Of a stretch of 64,000 nucleotides of DNA, positions 18,761 to 27,506 are shown in pieces. The notes below the pieces were generated by a model. It made no database searches. It worked only from the letters and a program-made list of their open reading frames with translations, and had not been told where the DNA came from. A program made the translations under genes and the position numbers. The stretch covers positions 366,298 through 430,297 of the forward strand of contig CAVZBR010000001.1 in assembly GCA_963773585.1 (NCBI GenBank). The letters are read 5' to 3'. Origin of the DNA: an uncultured Gammaproteobacteria bacterium (GTDB lineage: Bacteria > Pseudomonadota > Gammaproteobacteria > JASBUN01). Within the stretch, counting starts at the first letter, position 1, and every line of letters starts with the position of its first letter.

Positions 18761-19975
18761 ATGGGGGGCTATCAGATGAATGGTTCGGAGCGAGAAGCGC
18801 GCTTATCCGATCAATTACCTCGAGACCTGGACAGCATTTTGCGACGCACGCACCAGGTGGCCACCGAGATAGTTGCGCCAGACAGCGAACAGGTCGACCG
18901 TGAAGCCCGTTGGCCCCGAGAAGGTTTGCAGGCGTTGCAGGCGGCCGGTCTGGCAGGGTTGGTGATACCCGAATCAGCGGGCGGTCTCGGCCAAGGCCTG
19001 TACGCACTCGCACAAGTCTGTGAAATCCTCGGGCAGGAATGCGCCTCGACCGCTATGTGTTTCGGCATGCACTGCGTCGGCGCGGCGGTTCTGGCGGCCA
19101 AAGCAACGCCGGATCAGCAACGTCGCTACCTTGAGCCCATTGTCCAGGGACGTCATTTAACCACGCTGTCGCTGAGCGAACCGGGAACCGGCACCCATTT
19201 TTATCTTCCCCAGACCGAACTCCGTTCGCTCGGACCCGATCGCTATCAAGTCACAGGTACCAAGGCCTTCGTGACCAATGGTGGATGTGCCGATTCCTAT
19301 GTCGTCTCGGCGGTGGCGGCCGACGCCGGAGCGCCGCCAGGACAGTTCTCCTGTGTGGTGGTGCCGCAGGATGCCCCCGGTCTGAAATGGGGGGCGCCTT
19401 GGGACGGTATGGGTTTGCGCGGCAATTCCTCGCGGAGTCTGGAGCTGCAGGCGGTAGCGGTACCTCACCAGGACTTGCTGGGCGAAGAGGGCGATCAAAT
19501 CTGGTATGTATTCAATGTCATTACACCTTATTTTCTAACTGCGATGGCCGGCAGCTATCTGGGTGTGGCCAGCGCTGCCATTAACCAGGCGCGTGAGTGG
19601 ATGGTCCGTCGGCACTACACCAACAGCGGCTCATCACTGGCGCAACTCCCGGTGCTGCAGCATCAACTTGGTACGCTTTGGGGCGTTTTGGAAAGGACGC
19701 GGCGTCTGGTCTACTATGCCGCGCGCAGTTTTGATGCCGACGAGCCCGATGGTCTGGCCAGCCTGTTCACCGCAAAAGCGGAAATGGCTGATTGCGTCGT
19801 GCACGTGGTCAACGAAGCCATGACGCTTACTGGCGGCAGCGCGTACCGCAACAATTCTTTATTACACCGATTGATGCGCGATGCGCGCGCGGCCCATGTA
19901 ATGTCGCCGACCACCGATCTGCTGCGCATTTGGACCGGCCGCGCATTACTCGGCCAGCCTATTCTGGGTGACTGA
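18761..19975 (+). CDS. acyl-CoA dehydrogenase-family flavoprotein
   Basis: 404 aa with the ACAD N-terminal alpha-domain, middle beta-domain (..LSEPGTGTHF..) and C-terminal alpha-domain. Stop TGA at 19973-75 lies 2 nt before the kinase start. Confidence 0.8.
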   Translation: MGGYQMNGSEREARLSDQLPRDLDSILRRTHQVATEIVAPDSEQVDREARWPREGLQALQAAGLAGLVIPESAGGLGQGLYALAQVCEILGQECASTAMCFGMHCVGAAVLAAKATPDQQRRYLEPIVQGRHLTTLSLSEPGTGTHFYLPQTELRSLGPDRYQVTGTKAFVTNGGCADSYVVSAVAADAGAPPGQFSCVVVPQDAPGLKWGAPWDGMGLRGNSSRSLELQAVAVPHQDLLGEEGDQIWYVFNVITPYFLTAMAGSYLGVASAAINQAREWMVRRHYTNSGSSLAQLPVLQHQLGTLWGVLERTRRLVYYAARSFDADEPDGLASLFTAKAEMADCVVHVVNEAMTLTGGSAYRNNSLLHRLMRDARAAHVMSPTTDLLRIWTGRALLGQPILGD

Positions 19976-19977
19976 GA

Positions 19978-22275
19978 ATGGGCGGGCACGTCACCCTGGT
20001 GCGTGTGGACAACACCGTCTCTGACGTATTGTTGCGTGAACTCGAACAGGAGTTGAGTTTTCAAGGTGCGCTGCGCGAGGACGAGATGTTGTCGGTCCTA
20101 GCCCGCAATACACTCGATACCGACGCCATTGTGCTTGGCACGCGGCTCGAAAGGCCGGTGCAGTTCGCGCAGCAGATCTATTCGCTGGGCAAGGATTTGC
20201 CGATACTGATTCTAAGCCCGCAAGAGCGATTCGAGCAGTTGCGCAAGGCGGTGCAGTTCTCGCCTTTTCTGGGTAGTGAGACCCGGCCGTGGCCGGCTTC
20301 CGATGTTGAGGAATTGGCGCTCGAGTTACGCGAGTGCGTGACCCGTACGCAGCAACGGCGTCGCTACCGGGGAGCCATGGCTGCCGTGCAGGCGCGGCTG
20401 AATGGCGCGCCGCCAACGCGCCCCCAGGTCAGCCATTATCTGGACAGCTTGTTGGATCGCGCTCCGATCGGCGTGCTCAACCTGGATCCGCACGGCCGAA
20501 TCCTGACGCTCAACCGGCGTGCAGCGGCGATTCTGCAGCGCACCGGGCAGGCTATCGCTGGCACCAACTTTCTCAATTTATTCAATTCACCGGAACGAGA
20601 ACGCATCGATACGATGCTACGTCAATGCGTTCCGCCGTCCCGCGAACGGGCGCCGATGGTAGTGGAGATTCCGGGCGTCGAAAGAACTTATGCCGACATG
20701 ACCGCAGCCGCATTGGTTGACCCCACGGGTGAGTTGGTTACGACGGTAATTCTGCAGGACGTCACCGAGCACGTACGCGCCGAAGGCGAGCGCAAACGCG
20801 CCGAGCAGGATCTGTTGGCCAGCGAGCGTCGCTACCGCGAACTGCTGCTCACCATGAACGAGGCCGTGGCTGTGCTCGACGAGCGCTACGTTATAACCTA
20901 TGTCAACCGTCGCTTTTGTGACATATTCGGCTACCGGCAAGACGAGATCCTGGGACGAGCGCTTATCGAGTTCGTGCACGAAGACGACCGCGATCTGGTC
21001 AGCTCTCACATGGGCACCGTCCGGTGGGGTCAGCCGGTACGTTTTGAAAACGCATGGATTACGAAGTCGGGCGCTACGATCCATACGCTCACCTCACCCA
21101 AGCTGATCTTCGACGAGAAAGGCAACCATCGCGCTTGCCTGGGCGTATTCACCGACATTACCGAGCGTCGCCAGGCAGAGGAGGCCGTTCGCCAGAGCGA
21201 GAAGCAACTGCGATTGATTACAGAGGCCATTCCCGAGCTGGTCGGTTACCTGGACACGGACGGCCGCTATCGGTTCTGCAATAAGGCCTTTGAAACGTGG
21301 TTCGGCTGCAGCCGCACGGAGATACAGGACCTGAAGGTCGAGGACGTCATTGGCGCCGAAGCCTATCGTACGATCAAGCCCTATCTCGATGAGGGATTCG
21401 GGGGCGAAACCGCGCACTTCGAGGGTACGATCCCTTATGCCCGGGGTGGTCCCCGCTATTGTCGCGCCAGCTACATACCCGATCACGGTCCGGACGGCCG
21501 TGTACGCGGGCTGTTCCTACTGGTCGCCGATATCAGCCAGCACAAAGAAGCAGAAGAGCGCCAGCGTCAGCGTTTAATTGATCTATGCCATGCTTCACGC
21601 CTGACCACCCTGGGCGAGCTGAGCTCCCAGCTAGCACACGAACTTGCCCAGCCGCTGGCATCCATCGCTACTCATGCCCACGCTTGCGCGCGGCTCATGG
21701 ACCGGGGCGGCGATTTGACAAATATTCGCGACTCGTTGATCGACATAACCGACCAGGCACTTCGCGCCCGCGAAATCATGTCCCGTCTGCGTAAGCTCGC
21801 TCGCAAGGACTTCAGCCGTGGCAGATTGGACTTCAACGCACTGATCGATTCGGTACTGCACCTTACCGAGTCTCAAGCGCGAATGCAGAACGTTCACGTG
21901 GAGGTCGACCTGGGGCCCGATCTGCCGCCGCTGTTAGGTGATCAGATCCTGATCGAGCAGGCGCTGTTGAACCTGGTGCTCAATGCGATCGATGCGCTCG
22001 GTGGCGTATCGAGCGTGCAGCGCAGTCTCTCTGTCAGGACTTGCGAGCAGCCGGAAGGGGCGGTCCGCGTCGAAGTCTGCGACAACGGGCCGGGGCTCGA
22101 CAAGGAGCTGGAGCACCGGATCTTTGAACCTTTCTTCAGCACCAAAAGCGAAGGTATGGGTATGGGCCTTGCTATCACGAAATCGATTGTCGACAACCAT
22201 GGCGGCCGTATCGGTGCCGAGAACCTCAAGCCAGCGGGAACCCGCTTTTGGTTTTCTCTGCCGGCGGCCGACTGA
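19978..22275 (+). CDS. multi-PAS sensor histidine kinase with N-terminal pseudo-receiver-like domain
   Basis: 765 aa. Three PAS/PAC-like segments. HisKA H-box ..LSSQLAHELAQPL... HATPase N/G boxes ..LNLVLNAIDAL.., DNGPGL, GMGMGL. Confidence 0.85.
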   Translation: MGGHVTLVRVDNTVSDVLLRELEQELSFQGALREDEMLSVLARNTLDTDAIVLGTRLERPVQFAQQIYSLGKDLPILILSPQERFEQLRKAVQFSPFLGSETRPWPASDVEELALELRECVTRTQQRRRYRGAMAAVQARLNGAPPTRPQVSHYLDSLLDRAPIGVLNLDPHGRILTLNRRAAAILQRTGQAIAGTNFLNLFNSPERERIDTMLRQCVPPSRERAPMVVEIPGVERTYADMTAAALVDPTGELVTTVILQDVTEHVRAEGERKRAEQDLLASERRYRELLLTMNEAVAVLDERYVITYVNRRFCDIFGYRQDEILGRALIEFVHEDDRDLVSSHMGTVRWGQPVRFENAWITKSGATIHTLTSPKLIFDEKGNHRACLGVFTDITERRQAEEAVRQSEKQLRLITEAIPELVGYLDTDGRYRFCNKAFETWFGCSRTEIQDLKVEDVIGAEAYRTIKPYLDEGFGGETAHFEGTIPYARGGPRYCRASYIPDHGPDGRVRGLFLLVADISQHKEAEERQRQRLIDLCHASRLTTLGELSSQLAHELAQPLASIATHAHACARLMDRGGDLTNIRDSLIDITDQALRAREIMSRLRKLARKDFSRGRLDFNALIDSVLHLTESQARMQNVHVEVDLGPDLPPLLGDQILIEQALLNLVLNAIDALGGVSSVQRSLSVRTCEQPEGAVRVEVCDNGPGLDKELEHRIFEPFFSTKSEGMGMGLAITKSIVDNHGGRIGAENLKPAGTRFWFSLPAAD

Positions 22276-22284
22276 GGAGGCGCG

Positions 22285-22941
22285 GTGATGATGGACGGTC
22301 CGGTTTATATTGTGGACGACGAGGAGACCATGCGTCGTGCACTGAGCGTATTGCTGTGTTCGGCGGACATTCGCTGCCGCGACTTCGATTCTGCCAAGGC
22401 ATTTCTAGAGGCGCTGGACGAATTGGAACCCGGCTGCTTACTGCTCGATCTCTATATGGCTGGAATGACAGGTCTTGAACTGCAGGAAAAGCTTATAGAG
22501 CGCCAGTTCTCTATGCCAATTATCGTCATTACCGGTCACGGGGAGGTGGAAACTGCCGTACGAGCAATGAAACGCGGTGCGGTAGACTTCGTCCAAAAGC
22601 CATTCGATCCGGCTGAGTTGTTGGACCGGCTGCACCATAGCATGGTGGCATTTCACGCTCAGCGGGATGTGAACGAGGCGGCCGACAGAGCACTCGAGCG
22701 GGTCGCGATTTTGACGCCAAGAGAGCGCGAGATTGCCAATCAGTTTCTCGCGGGGAAACGTAACAAACAAGTCGCGCATGCCCTGTCCATTAGCGTTCGG
22801 ACGGTGGAGTTGCATAGAGCCAGCATTATTCGAAAACTGGATGCTAAAAGCATTGCGGACGCCGTGCACACCATTACCTTGGCCGAGAGCGCGGCCGGCG
22901 ATGCGGTCAACGGGAAAAGTACGCCACCTGGGAAGCGCTGA
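22285..22941 (+). CDS. FixJ/LuxR-family response regulator
   Basis: GGAGG RBS. REC domain (IVDDEE..D..MAGMTGLEL..) plus C-terminal LuxR-type HTH (..LTPREREIANQFLAGKRNKQVAHALSISVRTVELHR..). Confidence 0.85.
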   Translation: MMMDGPVYIVDDEETMRRALSVLLCSADIRCRDFDSAKAFLEALDELEPGCLLLDLYMAGMTGLELQEKLIERQFSMPIIVITGHGEVETAVRAMKRGAVDFVQKPFDPAELLDRLHHSMVAFHAQRDVNEAADRALERVAILTPREREIANQFLAGKRNKQVAHALSISVRTVELHRASIIRKLDAKSIADAVHTITLAESAAGDAVNGKSTPPGKR

Positions 22942-23460
22942 ACATGCATTTGGCACGTACGTAGAACTACGTGGTCGCCCGATGCCCCAGCGCATCACGG
23001 GACTGACATACCGGATTCACTGCTCCGTCATGCTCCGAATCCTCCTGCTTTAGCTCGCTAGCCCCTGGTTGCCGTGGACCCCTGACTTTACCGAAGCACG
23101 CATATTTGCGTATTTACCTACCCACTAGCCAGGTCTAAGTTTATTCGTTACTCGTGGCTCGCAACGCGCCTGACCTTTGCGTAACCGCGTTGCATATATC
23201 CAACGCCGTTGAGAAGTCGCGTGTTGGTCGCGCCAATCTGCGGGGGACTAAGACGCGTCTTCATGGGGAAACGCCAGATGGTTTGTAAGAGGTCTTGCGT
23301 TATCTCCGTTTGCGCGGCCCAGTGACCGACGGCTATCCGAGAAATCCAAGGCGACCGGGCACTTGGAAGACGACGGGATTGATCACGTCGTCCACCATGG
23401 AAACTTATCGTGCTCACGATGGGCGCACTGACCAGTAATGACATGGGGGATCGTGCGTTG

Positions 23461-25413
23461 ATGCATCAGCTGACAGTATCGGAACACGCTCGCTTGGTTT
23501 ATTCCGCGCTGGAAAAGCCCGATGCGATCACGAATGATGTTTCTCCTGAGGTGGCCCGCTCCTGGCGTCGATGCCTAATCGACTATCAGCTTGACCCTGT
23601 TCGCCGAGCAGAGCCAGCGGTAGTCGAAAGGACCGATTTACGGCAGCGCCAGGAGCAGCTGGCGCCCTTGCTTGAATTCGCCAAATCCGAGATGACCAGC
23701 CTCTATCAACAGGTCGCTGGATCCGGATACGCCATTCTGCTCACCGACATGGACGGGGTGATCTTGAACTACGTCGGAGATCCACAGTTCACCGACGCGG
23801 CGATGCGCAGCGGGCTGCACAACGGCTCGGTCTGGAGTGAGGCCGCTCAAGGCACCAACGGCATGGGGACTTGCATCGCCATGAAGAAGCCGCTGGTCGT
23901 ACATCAGCACGAGCACTTCCTCAGCCGCCACACCGGGTTGACATGTTCCGCGGCACCGATCCGGGACCCCAGTGGAGAAATGATGGCGGTGCTCGACGCC
24001 TCATCTGAATCGCGCCTGGCACAGCAACACACCATGGTATTGGTCAACATGGCGGCGCAAACGATTGAGAATCGCATGTTCTTGGCTGCCTTCCGGGAAC
24101 ATTTCTTGATCCGATTCCATTCGCGCCCGGAGTTTGTCAGTACACTGGGCGAAGGCGCTATCGCCCTCGACGAAATCGGCATCATCTGTGGCGCGAACCG
24201 CAGCGCGCTGTTTCAGCTCGGTATACGCTTGGACAACCTGATCGGCTGCCCGGTCGAGAAGGTATTCGACGGCTCAATGAACACCCTGATCAAGAGTGCT
24301 CGCAAGCATGCCTACCATCCGATGGCGATCCGCAGCGCTTGTGATGGGCGACGTTTTTACGGGGCTGTACAACCACCTATCGACATTCCTTGTAAGACGG
24401 GTTTAAGACGTTTGTGGCGAAACCCGATCCGTACGGACCGCGAGCCATATGGCGAATGCAGGCTCCAGCGTCTGGATCTTGGTGATCCTGCTATGGCGCG
24501 CAACGTCGATTGCGCGCGCAAACTGCTGAACCGCAATATACCGTTGCTGTTATATGGCGAGACCGGCACCGGAAAGGGGATATTCGCTAAGGCACTTCAC
24601 GATGAAAGCGAACGTTCCTCAAAGCCATTTGTGGCAGTAAACTGCGCCGCGATTCCAGAGGCGCTGATCGAGAGCGAATTGTTCGGATATCGGCCAGGTG
24701 CATTCACTGGCGCAAACCGAAACGGCAGCCGGGGGAAAATTTTGCAGGCGGATGGCGGTACGTTGTTTTTGGATGAGATTGGGGATATGTCTTTGCATCT
24801 GCAAGCTCGATTATTGCGTGTTCTGGAGGAAAAGGAGGTAGTTCCGCTCGGTGGAGAGTCACCCGAAAAAGTGAACTTGGCCGTAATTAGCGCCACACAT
24901 CGTGAGCTTACCACGTTGATTTCGGACGGCCGGTTTCGAGAAGACCTTTATTATCGCTTGCACGGCATGGCGCTGACGATGCCTCCGTTGCGAGAGCGGC
25001 AGGACCGAAGAGCACTAATGCATGCGATTGCGCAAAATGAAGCCGGTAACGAGGAAATAGAACTAAGCGAAGAGGCCCTGGATATCCTGGAAAGTCAGGC
25101 TTGGCCGGGAAACATCCGGCAATTGTGCAATACGCTGCGTACGGTCTTGGCTTTTTGCGATGGCGACGTGATCAAAGCGGATGATCTCCCGGATGACCTG
25201 TGTCATGGTCCATCCGGACGCAATGCCGCCGAGAATTCAACTGCGTCCCAAGGGCAATTACTCGATCCGCTCGCCGCGGCTGAGTGCCGCGCGCTGCTCA
25301 GAGAGCTCAACAAAACGCGTTGGAATGTGGCGCAGCTGGCTCGAAACCTCAATATCAGCCGCAATACGCTATATAGAAAAATGCGGCGTCATGGCATTTG
25401 TCCGCCGCGATGA
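23461..25413 (+). CDS. sigma-54-dependent transcriptional activator, AcoR-type (GAF sensor + AAA+ sigma-54 interaction + Fis-type HTH), copy A
   Basis: ORF 23410..25413. GAF-like N-domain. GAFTGA, Walker A GETGTGKG and ESELFGY motifs. C-terminal HTH ..ISRNTLYRKMRRHGI... Start probably MHQL at 23461. Confidence 0.85.
   Translation: MHQLTVSEHARLVYSALEKPDAITNDVSPEVARSWRRCLIDYQLDPVRRAEPAVVERTDLRQRQEQLAPLLEFAKSEMTSLYQQVAGSGYAILLTDMDGVILNYVGDPQFTDAAMRSGLHNGSVWSEAAQGTNGMGTCIAMKKPLVVHQHEHFLSRHTGLTCSAAPIRDPSGEMMAVLDASSESRLAQQHTMVLVNMAAQTIENRMFLAAFREHFLIRFHSRPEFVSTLGEGAIALDEIGIICGANRSALFQLGIRLDNLIGCPVEKVFDGSMNTLIKSARKHAYHPMAIRSACDGRRFYGAVQPPIDIPCKTGLRRLWRNPIRTDREPYGECRLQRLDLGDPAMARNVDCARKLLNRNIPLLLYGETGTGKGIFAKALHDESERSSKPFVAVNCAAIPEALIESELFGYRPGAFTGANRNGSRGKILQADGGTLFLDEIGDMSLHLQARLLRVLEEKEVVPLGGESPEKVNLAVISATHRELTTLISDGRFREDLYYRLHGMALTMPPLRERQDRRALMHAIAQNEAGNEEIELSEEALDILESQAWPGNIRQLCNTLRTVLAFCDGDVIKADDLPDDLCHGPSGRNAAENSTASQGQLLDPLAAAECRALLRELNKTRWNVAQLARNLNISRNTLYRKMRRHGICPPR
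23515..24310. repeat. about 0.8-kb segment near-identical (inverted) to 28607..29415
   Basis: The reverse complement of 29341-29415 and of ORFs 28747..29028 and 29001..29294 is identical or near-identical at the DNA and protein level to 23515-23590 and ORFs 23904..24185 and 23638..23931. Encoded residues 20-290 of the two activators differ at only about 4 positions. Confidence 0.8.
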
Positions 25414-25804
25414 GTACTGAGGGCATCTCGTTATCGATGAGCGTGGGCTGGAAATCGACAGATCTGGCGCGCCAGCACATCTAACTGTGTTCGATAGTGG
25501 GACGGGCGCCATTTTTGGCGACCGGAAATTCGGCTGCCGCAATGGCCCGGAAATCCTTCCCGTCCGCCGGGCAGTTCCACCCAGGTGGGCGTTCCCGCGG
25601 GCAAGAAAACGCCACGGACGCACGCCCGGTCACGTTACCTGCCGGTTTTCCCGGCCGACCGGCCGGAGGCGTCTTTGCAAAGGCCATCCAGAAAACAGAG
25701 TGACACTTTGTCCGCAATGCCCCAGGTTTGGCGCACCGGCAAAACCCTAGGGCGAGCCAAGGGCTGACGGGTCGTGCATTCACGCCCAGCAGTGCAATGG
25801 CACA

Positions 25805-25819
25805 CTAGTTGCTCATCTG
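25805..25819 (+). promoter_or_regulatory. sigma-54 (-24/-12) promoter
   Basis: TGGCAC-ACTAG-TTGCT is a near-perfect match to the TGGCACG-N4-TTGCW consensus. Oriented toward the ATP-grasp gene about 440 nt downstream. Confidence 0.6.
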
Positions 25820-26254
25820 AAGCCACGGATGTCTGCGGCCGTGCAAGCAGGCGCGGAGGGCGGTCCAAAGGTGAAGGTGCTCGCCAGGATCTCTTGCCAC
25901 TCAGCGGAGCTGTGCAGGCCGCTACGTAGGTGTTGATCTCATGCCGGGCGAGCCGCCGACAGGGTGGTTGGCCCTGGCGTGGAGAACGCGAAGTTGACTG
26001 GATGGAACCGCAACATCTAAAAATGGCCACGAATCTGAGTTGGGAATTGATTGTGCCGTGGAATCCGTCCGTTCATAACGGATCCGGTGGTGCAAGGCAG
26101 CGTCTTTGCCGCTTTTTTGCAGTTGCTGCGGAAGATAGGGCGTCGAAGCAGGTATCTGAACACATTTTCGAGTTCCGTCCATGGTGTCGCTAGGCGGCGG
26201 GTGCCGGTTGTTGCGTCGTACAAGCTTGACGGGAAACGACCTGGAGGTGCGTTC

Positions 26255-27268
26255 GTGCGAATCTTGGTGTTCGAGTATGAGACTGGCGGTGGGTTGCTCG
26301 GTAAACCATTGCATCCGGCTTTGGTTCAAGAGGGCGAACTCATGCTACACGCGCTGCTGCGCGACCTCGTTGAACTGCAAGAGATCGAAATCCTGAGCTT
26401 GCGCGACGGCCGACTTCCGCGTCTGGCGTTTCCGGCCAAGGTGCGCCAGTTGTATCACAGCCGCGAATTGGGGGCCCAGTTCAAGCGTGGTCTGGCGGAA
26501 TGTGACGCCGTGTGGCCGGTGGCACCGGACAGCAACGGAACCCTTGAACGGCTGTCCATCGAGACGTTGGAACACCATCGGGTGCTGATTGGCAGCCGTC
26601 CCGATGCGATTGCCGTCGCGGCGAGCGTACTGCGTACCGCTCGAACGCTGGAGCGGCACGGGATACCGGTAGTGCCCGCCGTAAGTGGTGCCGACGTACT
26701 TGCCGGGGCGGCACTCCAAGATCCGCCATGGCTCGTCAAGCCCGACGCCGGGACCAGTTACACGGGCGCGCGCCTTGTGCGCGGTGAACGGGAACTACTC
26801 GAGTTCCTGCAACAATCCCGTAACGCTGAAGAGTTGGTGGTGCAGCCCTACGTGGTCGGTACCCATGCCAGTTTGTCGGTACTGGCGGGAAATGGGATGT
26901 GCCAACTGCTCGCTTGCAACGCGCAGCGTATGGTTGTGGTGAATGATGAATTTCGGCTCGCCCGTTGCGTGGTGAACGGCATACAGTCCGATCGTCTGCA
27001 GTTCGAGGAACTAGCGCGCGCCGTTTCTTCCGTACTGCCCGGCTTGTGGGGCTACTTCGGAATCGACCTCATGCTGACGGAGGCTGGTCCCCGGATATTG
27101 GGCGTAAGTGCGCGCCTGAATACCTGCTACGCAGGAATCACACACGCGTTGGATCTCAATGTCGCCGGAGTGGTGCTTGGATTGTTGAAGGACAATGCGC
27201 AGGCGCCACACATCACGCAGTCCGCCCAGACGGTTGCGCTGGACATGGAGGCTGTGGATTTCGCGTGA
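26255..27268 (+). CDS. ATP-grasp domain protein (ATP-grasp_3/MfnD-like predicted carboligase)
   Basis: GTG 26255 follows a GGAGGTG RBS. N-terminal MRILVFEYETGGGL.. motif typical of this ATP-grasp subfamily. About 338 aa. The upstream part of ORF 26051.. lacks coding character. Confidence 0.55.
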   Translation: MRILVFEYETGGGLLGKPLHPALVQEGELMLHALLRDLVELQEIEILSLRDGRLPRLAFPAKVRQLYHSRELGAQFKRGLAECDAVWPVAPDSNGTLERLSIETLEHHRVLIGSRPDAIAVAASVLRTARTLERHGIPVVPAVSGADVLAGAALQDPPWLVKPDAGTSYTGARLVRGERELLEFLQQSRNAEELVVQPYVVGTHASLSVLAGNGMCQLLACNAQRMVVVNDEFRLARCVVNGIQSDRLQFEELARAVSSVLPGLWGYFGIDLMLTEAGPRILGVSARLNTCYAGITHALDLNVAGVVLGLLKDNAQAPHITQSAQTVALDMEAVDFA

Positions 27269-27506
27269 CACCGGCGGGTGGTCGGCTGGCGTGCGCCAGC
27301 ATGCCTCATGCGGTGAGCAGCGCTCTGGGAAGGATGCCAAGTGGATGCGCGGTCAACGTCGTGGCGATGACCGGAGAACTCGTGCGTCCGCTCGCCAGTC
27401 GAATGCGCGCCCATTCTGAATGCGGGTGAGTCTCAATCTTCGAACGTGCCGCTTCGTTGAGGCGACCACGCATTTCCGAGGCTCAGCGCTACGGTTGCAA
27501 GGACAT

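Noticed and set aside
23053-23130. Possible second sigma-54 promoter (aagcacgcatatttgc) upstream of activator copy A
   Set aside because: The -24 element reads AGCAC instead of TGGCAC and the spacing to TTGC is off by one. It does not meet consensus.
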